Positions 20,501 through 28,889 of a stretch of 64,000 bases of DNA are shown in pieces. Below the pieces are notes generated by a model. The model did not search any database. It was not told where the DNA came from and was given only the letters and a program-made list of their open reading frames with translations. The first letter of the stretch is position 1; the number at the start of each line of letters is the position of its first letter. The position numbers and the translations under genes are program-made. Origin of the DNA: Bacteroidia bacterium (GTDB lineage Bacteria; Bacteroidota; Bacteroidia; NS11-12g; UBA9320); NCBI GenBank assembly GCA_965216465.1, contig CBDCFW010000005.1, forward strand, positions 608,001 to 672,000. Direction: 5' to 3'.

Positions 20501-21094
20501 TTTGAGAGCTTCGAACAGGCACGAGGTGTAGACAGAGAATTGGAGCATGGAGTTGGTTTGGGATTGTCTATTGCCAAGCAAATAGTGGAACAGCAAGGAG
20601 GGCAGATAACAGTTGAAAGTAAACTAAACCAGGGTTCTATTTTCAGTTTTATCTTAGAATTTGGTTTGGAAGAAGAATCTAATTCTGAGGGAAATAATGC
20701 TGCTCCTCACACCGACCAAAGAGGAACAAAACACTTCCTATTGGTCGAAGACATGGAGTTGAATAGTATGTTGGCAGCAGAGCTTCTGAAGCACAACTTT
20801 TCTGACTTAACTTTGGATTTCGCAGAGAATGGCGAAATAGCCGTCGAAATGGTCAATTCTAACAACTATGACCTTGTGCTAATGGATGTTAAAATGCCTG
20901 TAATGGATGGCTATGAAGCAACTCAAATTCTAAGAAATTCATACACCAAATCTGAACTTCCCATAATTGCAATGACTGCAAATGCTGTAAAAGAGCAAAT
21001 AAATAAATGTATTTCTGTTGGAATGAATAGCGTGGTAACCAAACCTATAGACGAAACTGAATTAGTTAGACAAATTAACGATGTACTGCAATGA
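17576..21094 (+). CDS. Hybrid sensor histidine kinase (beta-propeller/YYY sensor, TM, HisKA, HATPase, receiver)
   Basis: Repeated D..G.LW.GT propeller units, YAYRLVG, a TM helix, FLANMSHEIRTPLNAI, NAIKFT, DTGRGI, GVGLGLSI and receiver DLVLMDVKMPVMDG...KP. Confidence 0.95.
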   Translation: MRGLRFIYVLTFLWFCSLQLGAQIELPAFQELQVSSGNWAGKFSFKTHCVTKDQDGFLWIGTEQGAFRYDGYELKAYRHIPDDSQSIASNYVFEILCDRNGDLWFGTRNGVSCLKKGESSFSSFLSYRAEGKVNYIEDLVQDQHGTLWFAGTQGLFSKKPGDSIRLIETLSQPVFCLTIHHNNLWMGVREGMHILDLSTYKHRFQKVSKEVFNGLMPDVLDILAWNDNLFYLASYAGVVQFDLSTTTFELLPIHKHPNFEPQQQVVGKVANLVMDLDRLGDELWVAYRFLGVTAYNPETKNNKAYTHNITDKHSLLSDRTYSLYTSNDGLIWISTFKGIQSFNPKRLMYNFVLKSGHLDKENFVSNLTITNDNHCWIGTAQGFYSSPSLGKPATKWIHGGSSANRLRTKDANVYVEDHHGNLWIGGNRQGLFVIGKDRTTGRRLNLGKSEEGWVIHQMEINPTDPSELWMASNAGLYCLNMDTKEWKPFLNTSEILSARQSFFCIDSKGLIYGQSNGQVYTYQPENGTLKIYDNLLPVGQTYGVELGQEGIIWVAHANGLLKVNLSENRISNLFDSLELVPQDVFGLYVDGSKLWFTTKRSINRLGTESMELEQFRVPPSSYQRFYKNAIVKHNNLMLFGGIDGITALNIHRIKHAPNGRKVKLIEAFAGESKLNLFENSHTFKATDNNIKVRFSSLDFTGIENRNYAYRLVGLADEWIETDLPEISFYQLPAGKYHFEVKTTGSEQVSRIDFEIQQVFWRTPLFYGIILVLILIVSLIFWRLYQAQLDQRQQREMAEQRMLYKSKFLANMSHEIRTPLNAIIGMNKLLGKTSLSSEQNRWVSAMDKSSEQLLRMVNDILDQERIERGIYNFEQSRFTFEEVLKNFSDTFTPKALAKGINLSIKVDPVVPSHLVGDPQRLLQVLNNLGSNAIKFTDSGKVSLAVNVKSISASTAHLIFTVSDTGRGIHPAKQNRIFESFEQARGVDRELEHGVGLGLSIAKQIVEQQGGQITVESKLNQGSIFSFILEFGLEEESNSEGNNAAPHTDQRGTKHFLLVEDMELNSMLAAELLKHNFSDLTLDFAENGEIAVEMVNSNNYDLVLMDVKMPVMDGYEATQILRNSYTKSELPIIAMTANAVKEQINKCISVGMNSVVTKPIDETELVRQINDVLQ

Positions 21095-21414
21095 CAATTG
21101 ATCGACAAAAATTAGAAGCTATGCTCGGCAATTCTTCGAAAGTTGATGCATTTATTGCTTTGTTCAAAAAAGAGAGCAGATTGCTTATAACCAGCATCAA
21201 CAAAGCATGGTCTGATGGTGACATTAGTACTGTAAATCGATGTGCTCATAGTCTTAAAAACCACTTCAATTATGTTGGGTTTGATCAATGGTCAACACAA
21301 TGTAGAATTGTTGAGGAGCTTTCAGAAAACGGTCACAAATCTGACCAATTGAAAGTTAAAATTGAAACATTAATCACCTCGCTGAATGCGAACCTAGCCA
21401 CGTTTGATGACTAA
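21091..21414 (+). CDS. Stand-alone Hpt phosphotransfer protein
   Basis: AHSLKNHFNYVG motif, with an ATGA overlap with the kinase stop. Confidence 0.8.
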   Translation: MTIDRQKLEAMLGNSSKVDAFIALFKKESRLLITSINKAWSDGDISTVNRCAHSLKNHFNYVGFDQWSTQCRIVEELSENGHKSDQLKVKIETLITSLNANLATFDD

Positions 21415-22090
21415 CTGATAGCCTCTTCCGTGCACATTTTTTATTTGAACATTAGAATCCTTACCGAGATAAGTTCGAAGCTTGCTGATATAAACAGTCA
21501 AACTTCGACCTCGAATGGCATGGGTGTCATCCCAAACTGATTTTAACACCTTTTCTTGATGAATAACTCCATCAGGTGATTTAAGCAGCTCTAGGAGCAA
21601 TTTGCTTTCGGTCGTGGTTAATTCACGGCTTTCATTCTCAAAACTAAGCTCGCGGCTCGCCACATTGAATTGATAATTACCTAACTCATAAGTTTCTTGG
21701 CTTGCTCTATTAGCCATCTTACCACTGCGTTTTAAGAGATTTTGAATCCTCAGATAAAGCTCCTGCATACTATATGGCTTGGTCAAATAGTCATCTGCAC
21801 CTGTTTCTAAGCCTCTTATTCTTTGATTTTGTTCGCTTTCTCCAGTAACAAAAATGATTGGAATCTCCTCATCCATTCTACGTATTTCTTCAGCAGACTT
21901 AAAACCATCCTTAAATGGCATTTTAACATCAAGAATAATTACGTCAAATGATTCTTCCTTAAAGGCTAACATTCCAGACTCTCCGTCAGAACGATGTTTT
22001 ACATTCATGCCTTTGTCTTCTAAAAAATTCAACCACAAATGGGCTAAGCAGACGATCGTCATCAACAAAAAGTATACGCGGCCGAGTCAT
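21394..22090 (-). CDS. OmpR/PhoB-family response regulator with a +1 frameshift near codon 22
   Basis: N-terminus MTRPRILFVDDDRLLSPFVVEF from ATG 22090 joins LEDKG...ILDVKMP...GADDYLTKP...RSLTVYISKLR...NVHGRGY if one base is removed from the 6-base run at 22022-22027. Total length is 697 nt (3n+1). Confidence 0.88.
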
Positions 22091-22173
22091 TAGTAAATAT
22101 CTGTAATTACGGCTCTAATTTAAGCCAATAATTGCAATACGACCGCATACTGAGTGCAAAGTTGACTTCTGAG

Positions 22174-22210
22174 ATTTTGACGCTTTTTGACACTCTTTAA
22201 GGTTTTTTAG
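22174..22210 (+). promoter_or_regulatory. Tandem 10-bp direct-repeat array, candidate response-regulator site
   Basis: ATTTTGACGC TTTTTGACAC TCTTTAAGGT TTTTTAG, about 24 bp upstream of TAAGTTTG. Confidence 0.55.
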
Positions 22211-22233
22211 TAACTCTCTGTATATCTGCTATT

Positions 22234-22241
22234 TAAGTTTG
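22234..22241 (+). promoter_or_regulatory. Bacteroidota -7 promoter element
   Basis: TAAGTTTG, 20 nt before ATG 22262. Confidence 0.55.
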
Positions 22242-22261
22242 TTACAAATTCAGAAAGTCGT

Positions 22262-23749
22262 ATGAAAAAGAGCAAAATTCAACTTGTACTTGATCTCCAA
22301 AATTTATTACTTCTCATATCACTGAGCACTATCTTTCTGATTCTAGGAGTTTGCTCTGCTCAAGCTCAGGATACGCTCACCATTCATCAGAACGGCAATA
22401 TTCGAACACATACCGGAGCCAAAATTGGAATATACGGAAGCTTAGCTAACCATGGGACTTTCGGAAACATTGCAACGAGCAACGAAGGAGTCCTGTCTTT
22501 TCATGGTAATGCTCAACAGTGGATTGGGGGAGATTCACTTATACAGTTTGACAGCATTTGGTTGGATATGCTAGAAATAAATCTTCAACAAGAACTTCGA
22601 GTCGAGCACTATCTTGACTTTGACTCAGGTACAATTAGAACTAACCGCTCGGATAGCAATTTATACTTTGTTCATTTTCTTCCAGGCTCTGACCATGGAA
22701 GCTCTAGCAATGCAAGCTTTGTAGATGGAACCATAAGAAAAACAGGCAATACGGCTTTCTTGTTCCCAACTGGTCAATACAATTCTAGACGTCACTTGAC
22801 AATATCAGCTCCAGGCAATATCACCGATGCATTTACAGCTTTCTATAGAGATGCTGACCCTACAAATCATGGCTATAATACTCAAGCCTTTGATAGTACA
22901 TGTGGAGGATCACCCGTTCTCGTAGATATAACCGAGGAAGAGTACTGGTTTCTTGAAGCTACTTCAGGAAGTTCAGCGGTGGAGGTCCGATTGAGCTATG
23001 ATAGTGCAAGTCAAGTGAATACTCCATCTGAACTGTTAGTGGTTCGATGGGACGGCAGTGAATGGGTAAGCGAAGGGAACGGAGGTGTTACAGGAACCAA
23101 TGTTAATGGAACTGTTGCTTCTGGAACCGGATGCGGCAGCCAAGGTACTCCAACATCGCTAAGTTCATTTGGAGCACTAACAATTGGCGGTTCAACATTA
23201 ACCGCAGTACCGATAGAGCTAGTCTCTTTTGACGTCCAAAAAACAGAGCCCAAGTATGCCCTTTTAGAATGGGTAACTGCCAGCGAAATAAACAACAGTC
23301 ACTTTGAAATTCAGCGTTCAAAAGATGGTATCAATTATAATGTAATTGGAGAGGTCTCGGGTGCAGGTACATCTTACGACTTAACGAATTATGACTATAT
23401 TGACTTCACTCCATTACAAGGCATAAACTACTACCGCTTGAAGCAGGTGGATTTTGATGGAAACTATTCCTACTCTGAAGTTAGATTGCTCAGATTCGAC
23501 GAAACAAAAGCTTCAATTCAAGCTTATCCAATACCGACTTCCAACTTTATTACTATTGACCTTGGCAGCATTCCCGATTTTCATGCTGACCATGAAATTC
23601 AGCTGACTAACCTCCAAGGTCAAGTAATTTATAGGACTACTATAGAAAGAGAAACCTTAGAAACCAGTTTAAATCTAACCTCCATAAGCTCAGGCATTTA
23701 CCTGTTAACCGTTAACAACCTACATCAAATCAAGATCATTAAAAACTAA
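22262..23749 (+). CDS. Secreted protein with T9SS type A C-terminal domain
   Basis: Signal peptide, SFVDGTIRKTGNTAFLFPTG domain, VPIELVSF...W.TASEINNSHFEIQRS...YYRLKQVDFDG module, and YPIPT...SGIYLL...KIIKN. Confidence 0.88.
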   Translation: MKKSKIQLVLDLQNLLLLISLSTIFLILGVCSAQAQDTLTIHQNGNIRTHTGAKIGIYGSLANHGTFGNIATSNEGVLSFHGNAQQWIGGDSLIQFDSIWLDMLEINLQQELRVEHYLDFDSGTIRTNRSDSNLYFVHFLPGSDHGSSSNASFVDGTIRKTGNTAFLFPTGQYNSRRHLTISAPGNITDAFTAFYRDADPTNHGYNTQAFDSTCGGSPVLVDITEEEYWFLEATSGSSAVEVRLSYDSASQVNTPSELLVVRWDGSEWVSEGNGGVTGTNVNGTVASGTGCGSQGTPTSLSSFGALTIGGSTLTAVPIELVSFDVQKTEPKYALLEWVTASEINNSHFEIQRSKDGINYNVIGEVSGAGTSYDLTNYDYIDFTPLQGINYYRLKQVDFDGNYSYSEVRLLRFDETKASIQAYPIPTSNFITIDLGSIPDFHADHEIQLTNLQGQVIYRTTIERETLETSLNLTSISSGIYLLTVNNLHQIKIIKN

Positions 23750-23765
23750 TCTCAAATTCACTATT

Positions 23766-26468
23766 ATGAAAAAATTATCGTTCAAGTTAACACTAATCAT
23801 CTTCATCATCTTTTGCGGAAGTCAAGCTTCTGCTCAAGTAAAAATTGGTGACAATGTCGATACAATTGATCCTAGCATTTTGTTAGAGCTTGAAAGCACT
23901 AACAAAGGGGTACTTCTGCCACGAATGACCAATACTCAAGCAGCTGCAATTTCGAGTCCACCTAACGGAATGATAGTCTACAGCACAACAGACAGTGGAT
24001 TTTATTATCACCACAATGGAGAATGGTACAGTCTTATTCAAAAATTAAGTTTGGTCAACGACACAATACACTTAAAACATGGAGACTATGTGGTTCTTGA
24101 CGACAACGACAGCACCAACGAATTACAACAGCTTAGCTTTTCGAATGACAGTATATTTCTCAGCAACAATGGAGGTGCAGTGTACATAGGTTCAGCCGAA
24201 CGAATAAATGATTTACTTGATGGTTACAGTGACTCCACATCGTTATTTCTTGGTGATAGCGCTGGAGTAAATAACGTAGGCACAGCTAACTATAATACAG
24301 CTGTAGGACTTTCTGCTTTACACCAAAACACGACAGGACTAGAGCTTGTGGCTCTTGGCCACGGAGCACTTCGTTCAAACACATCTGGTATTAGCAGCAC
24401 AGCGGTCGGTTTTGAAGCCCTAGAAAATAATTCGACTGGAGGGCTAAACACAGCCATCGGGAACCAAGCTCTAAGAAATAACAACACCGGTCAATTCAAT
24501 ACTGCAACAGGCCATCAAAGTATGTACAACAACACGATCGGTCAAAACAATGCAGCATTTGGTTTGCAAGCTATGTACTCGAACACAAGCGGACAACGAA
24601 ATTCGGCTTTAGGTGCATTGGCCATGTATTCTAACTCCTCCGGATCTGACAATACCGCAATCGGATATTACTCCATGGCATTTAACTCAACAGGATTGAG
24701 CAACACCGCAGTTGGAAGTTATGCCTTGTATTCAAACACCACTGGATCTGGCAACGTTGGACTAGGCTACTATGCCATGTATGCAAACACTACTGGTACC
24801 AGTAATACAGCGTTAGGGAACTTTGCATTGAGAACAAATACAACCGCATCTGACAATACTGCTGTAGGCGATTCTGCTTTGAAAAACAACACTTCAGGAA
24901 TTAGAAACTCTGCTGTTGGTGCCGATGCACTCAAGAATAATACTTCGGGTACTGAAGGTGCAGCTTTGGGTGTAAGAAGCCTTGAGTCAAATACCATTGG
25001 AAACTGGAACACAGCCCTAGGTTATGAAGCGTTGAACGCCAATACTTCAGGCAATGGAAATACAGCGGTAGGACACCAAGCTTTGTTTAACAATGTTTCT
25101 GGCCTTAACAATGTCGCTATTGGTAAAGAAGCATTACATGGACTTACATCAGGCAGCTCAAATGTAGGTATAGGAAAGTCTGCACTGGAAGATGCAACTT
25201 CAGCATCATTCAATGTCGCTCTTGGATTTTATGCCATGAGAAAAACGACCACAGGCGGCAAAAATGTCGGATTAGGTTATTACTCGCTTAGTGAAAACAC
25301 AACAGGTTATGAAAATACGGCAGTAGGATATCTGGCCATGGAAAGTAACCTAGCAGGTTTTCAAAACACCGCATTTGGGCATGGGGCATTGAAGGACAAT
25401 TTATCGGGGGAGTTGAACACGGCTGTGGGACACAATGCTGGAGCCAATTTAACCCATGCAGATTACAATGTAGCCCTAGGTTCAGAAGCTCTATATACAG
25501 CGACAACTGCTTCAAGCTCAGTTGCAGTGGGATATAGAGCACTTTACTCGGTTACAACAGGGATTAACAATGTAGCTGTTGGTCGAGAGGCCTTAGAAAG
25601 TGTTACAACCGGCCTTGGAAATGTTTCTATGGGTCGAAATTCAGCGAACAATACCACCACTGGAAATTATAATTCAGCATACGGTTATGGTGCATTGGAA
25701 GCTAACACCACTGGATCGTATAACGTAGCTCTGGGCTTTGAAGCATTAAAAACAAGCACGGCTTCGCATGCAGTTGCTATTGGAGGAAATGCACTAGAAA
25801 GCAACACCTCAGGCGACGATAATGTCGCAGTTGGCTATAACAGCTTGATTAATAATACGACAGGAAGCGACAACACAGCGGTTGGTGACAATGCAGGATT
25901 GAACGGAACCGGTCATACCTATTGCACTTTTATCGGTCGATCTGCTAGTGCCTCAGGTGGAAGTAACTATACCAACAGCATGGCTTTAGGATACAATACA
26001 CTGGTAGGTAGTAGCAACACAGTTAGAATTGGAAATTCATCGATTACTTCAATCGGAGGATTTGCCTCGTGGTCAAATTTAAGTGATGCTCGGTTTAAGC
26101 GTAATGTGCAGGAAAATGTTTCGGGTTTAGACTTTATAATGAAACTACGCCCTGTCACTTATACTTTGGATGTAGAAGCCGTAAATCGTCATATTGGAGC
26201 TGTTGATAGTTCAGAAAATATTTCAGAAAGTGCAGAGATGGTTCGTACCGGATTCTTAGCACAAGAAGTGGAAGCAGCAGCTAATTCTTTAGATTATGAT
26301 TTCAGTGGTGTACACAAGCCTCAAGGAGAAAACGACCATTATGCACTCCGATATGCCGAATTTGTAGTTCCCTTGGTTAAAGCAATGCAAGAACAACAAA
26401 AACAAATTGAAGCACTGCAGGCAGAACTGAACGCTCTAAAGAACCAGATAGAGGCCGCTGAGTTATAA
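23766..26468 (+). CDS. Tail-fibre-like beta-helix repeat protein with C-terminal peptidase S74 intramolecular chaperone
   Basis: Signal peptide, LELESTNKGVLLPRMT, DNDSTNELQ, dozens of 14-aa NTAVG..AL..NTTG repeats, SDARFKRNV...LRPVTY...GFLAQEVE...YAEFVVPLVKAMQE, and a coiled-coil tail. Confidence 0.9.
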   Translation: MKKLSFKLTLIIFIIFCGSQASAQVKIGDNVDTIDPSILLELESTNKGVLLPRMTNTQAAAISSPPNGMIVYSTTDSGFYYHHNGEWYSLIQKLSLVNDTIHLKHGDYVVLDDNDSTNELQQLSFSNDSIFLSNNGGAVYIGSAERINDLLDGYSDSTSLFLGDSAGVNNVGTANYNTAVGLSALHQNTTGLELVALGHGALRSNTSGISSTAVGFEALENNSTGGLNTAIGNQALRNNNTGQFNTATGHQSMYNNTIGQNNAAFGLQAMYSNTSGQRNSALGALAMYSNSSGSDNTAIGYYSMAFNSTGLSNTAVGSYALYSNTTGSGNVGLGYYAMYANTTGTSNTALGNFALRTNTTASDNTAVGDSALKNNTSGIRNSAVGADALKNNTSGTEGAALGVRSLESNTIGNWNTALGYEALNANTSGNGNTAVGHQALFNNVSGLNNVAIGKEALHGLTSGSSNVGIGKSALEDATSASFNVALGFYAMRKTTTGGKNVGLGYYSLSENTTGYENTAVGYLAMESNLAGFQNTAFGHGALKDNLSGELNTAVGHNAGANLTHADYNVALGSEALYTATTASSSVAVGYRALYSVTTGINNVAVGREALESVTTGLGNVSMGRNSANNTTTGNYNSAYGYGALEANTTGSYNVALGFEALKTSTASHAVAIGGNALESNTSGDDNVAVGYNSLINNTTGSDNTAVGDNAGLNGTGHTYCTFIGRSASASGGSNYTNSMALGYNTLVGSSNTVRIGNSSITSIGGFASWSNLSDARFKRNVQENVSGLDFIMKLRPVTYTLDVEAVNRHIGAVDSSENISESAEMVRTGFLAQEVEAAANSLDYDFSGVHKPQGENDHYALRYAEFVVPLVKAMQEQQKQIEALQAELNALKNQIEAAEL

Positions 26469-26625
26469 GACATTAAGTAGGCTCTGGCATTGTGCCGGAA
26501 CTTCACTCCTATTTACCTTTGTAATTTACCTTAGCACAGAAGGTGTATATACTACGGAAAACAAAAGTTGATGAGATATTAACCATCTATTCATCCAACT
26601 TTATTTTTGTTAAACCAATACACCT

Positions 26626-28716
26626 ATGCCGCAAAGCTTATCTTACTTCTATAAAATTAATAATATATCTTCTAATACATTCAGAGCTTATTTACTCATT
26701 GTGCTAATTGGCACCTCTTTCATCACTCTTGGTCAAACATCGATCAAGGAAGATCCTCAATGGGATTGGATAAGAAAGATTGATGGTGAAAACACCCAGG
26801 TTATTCAAGATTTCTGCCTTGCTCCCAATGGAGATATAATCATTGCAGGTCAATGTGAAAACCGATCAGGTGCTGATTTCCATTCCAATCGAGGTATTCA
26901 AAAATTAAGACTGTCTGACTCATTGACCAGCTACAACTCGTGCTCCTTTTTAGCCAGATATTCAAAAACTGGGAAGTTACTTTGGGTTACTCCATTTACA
27001 AGTAAAGACGAAATTTATTCAAGGGATTTAGCACTTGACAATGAGGGCAATATCTTAATCACAGGGCAGTTTAAGTACAAGGTTGAATTTCATTCAACAG
27101 GCAGAGGCAAACGCATAGAATTGAAAGGTCGACACGATCCGAAAAGTAGTTCAGGCAGTATATATCCAGACAAACCTTCGGCATTATATGTTGCAAAATA
27201 TTCAGCTGGTGGAAAAGCACTTTGGGCTAAGGCTGGCATAAGCAAGTCACATTCCTGCGGTTTTGAAATCAATACCGATAAGAATAACAATGTATATGTG
27301 CGAGGCTATTCAACTTATGACCCGCTGTATTTTGGAGACATCTCGTATATGCCTTTAAGAAACACCAAAGAAAAAATCTATGTTGGGAATTGCAATATCG
27401 TGCTCATCAAATGCACGCCTTCAGGAAAAGAAGATTGGGTAATCTATGGTACTGGTAGTGCAAATTTTGGGAGCGGTTCAGGCTCTGGTCATCACAGTAT
27501 GACGATAAATGAGCAAGGAAACGTATCCATTAAAACCTTGTGTTTAGGGGCAACGCATTTAATCTCGTCGAATGGTTGGTTAAAGAATATTCATGACTCT
27601 GCACATACTCAAATTGATGTTGAAATTTCGTCCGAAGGCAATTTTATTAGCAATCAACCTTCGGTAAATTTTGAATACAAAGGAGAGGTTAAGAGCAATT
27701 CAGGCGTTGTTCAACCAGACCCCTCATTTCTATCATTCCGAAATCGTATAAACCGAATCGTAAGAGACCATTCAGGCAATTACTACGTGATGATTCAATC
27801 GTGGTGTAATCCTGGTATTGTCTGTGAAGTCACATTTGGATCGAAGACCATTCAAACGCAGCGTTACGATATTCTTTTGGCCAAATACAATGCTGAAAAA
27901 GAGTTTGTCTGGATTAACTATATAGGAGGTGACAATCGTGAGATACCAAGAGATATGGTTGTTGATCAAAACAATAATGTAATTATTTCGGGATGGTATC
28001 AGGGAGACATGTATGTTCTAGACTCGAAAGACCAAAAAGAAAAGTTAAAATCAGAGCGAGGAGGAGCCTTTATCATCTCTTTCGACTCGCTTGGAGAATT
28101 CAATTGGGCAACAAATGCAGGCTTGATGTTTAGACATGACTATGACCTGCCCGCTGTAAGATTGGGGGTTGATTCTGAAAATCATTTGGTTATTGCCGGA
28201 GTTAACAACATGCCAACAAAGCTAGGTAAATACCCTATCAGCCTTGCCGGGAAAAGAAAGGAGTTGCATTGGGCTTGGGCAAAAGACAAAGGATATGAAG
28301 TAGGGGCCACTGATGCATTTTTTGCACGAGCAAGTCTTGGACCACAAACACTTGACCAACAGCAAGATACCGCCAACCAAGACTCTACAATTAAGATTGA
28401 TTTTGCCATGTTCGACTCGAGTATGATTTCAAGTCCTGACTCACTGAACGTTCAGCAAGACATATTTGATGTTTCCGTATTCCCAAATCCAGCAAATTTG
28501 TTTGTAAATGTTAGCTTAAACATTGGCAATGCTGTGGACGATGTCACGTTCAAACTTATCAACTCAGCTGGAAAGATAGTTTTCGAAACAGTCCAAAAAC
28601 AGGCCGCTGGATATATTTCACAAAAAATTTCGTTTGAATCATTGCCCAGTGGCGTCTATTATGTAGTGATCGAAACACTAAATCAAAAAGTGACGCGGAA
28701 GGTCGTGGCGTATTAG
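26626..28716 (+). CDS. SBBP-like beta-propeller protein with T9SS type A domain
   Basis: Repeats D..GN..I.G.F...AKY...G...W and terminal FPNPA...LPSGVYYV...RKVV. Confidence 0.82.
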   Translation: MPQSLSYFYKINNISSNTFRAYLLIVLIGTSFITLGQTSIKEDPQWDWIRKIDGENTQVIQDFCLAPNGDIIIAGQCENRSGADFHSNRGIQKLRLSDSLTSYNSCSFLARYSKTGKLLWVTPFTSKDEIYSRDLALDNEGNILITGQFKYKVEFHSTGRGKRIELKGRHDPKSSSGSIYPDKPSALYVAKYSAGGKALWAKAGISKSHSCGFEINTDKNNNVYVRGYSTYDPLYFGDISYMPLRNTKEKIYVGNCNIVLIKCTPSGKEDWVIYGTGSANFGSGSGSGHHSMTINEQGNVSIKTLCLGATHLISSNGWLKNIHDSAHTQIDVEISSEGNFISNQPSVNFEYKGEVKSNSGVVQPDPSFLSFRNRINRIVRDHSGNYYVMIQSWCNPGIVCEVTFGSKTIQTQRYDILLAKYNAEKEFVWINYIGGDNREIPRDMVVDQNNNVIISGWYQGDMYVLDSKDQKEKLKSERGGAFIISFDSLGEFNWATNAGLMFRHDYDLPAVRLGVDSENHLVIAGVNNMPTKLGKYPISLAGKRKELHWAWAKDKGYEVGATDAFFARASLGPQTLDQQQDTANQDSTIKIDFAMFDSSMISSPDSLNVQQDIFDVSVFPNPANLFVNVSLNIGNAVDDVTFKLINSAGKIVFETVQKQAAGYISQKISFESLPSGVYYVVIETLNQKVTRKVVAY

Positions 28717-28889
28717 TGCATAGTGTTAGTTCTAAGTTTTAGGTTCAATAAATCGTCGGTTCTTCTATGAAATATCTCTTTCGACATTTTTTTACCTCTT
28801 TTTCGATATTGGAATCCTCTCATTGAAACGTATATTGCATCTACCAACCTAACCTCTAAACATTTAGTGGTTATATTCGAAAAAGGGAC

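Noticed and set aside
24280-25900. About 42-nt periodicity that could suggest a CRISPR array or tandem DNA repeat
   Set aside because: It is the coding 14-aa repeat of the fibre protein. Nucleotides diverge at synonymous sites and there is no constant repeat/unique spacer pattern.
23766-26468. Prophage inferred from the tail-fibre/S74 gene
   Set aside because: The protein has a Sec signal, and there are no structural, terminase, integrase or lysis genes in the window.
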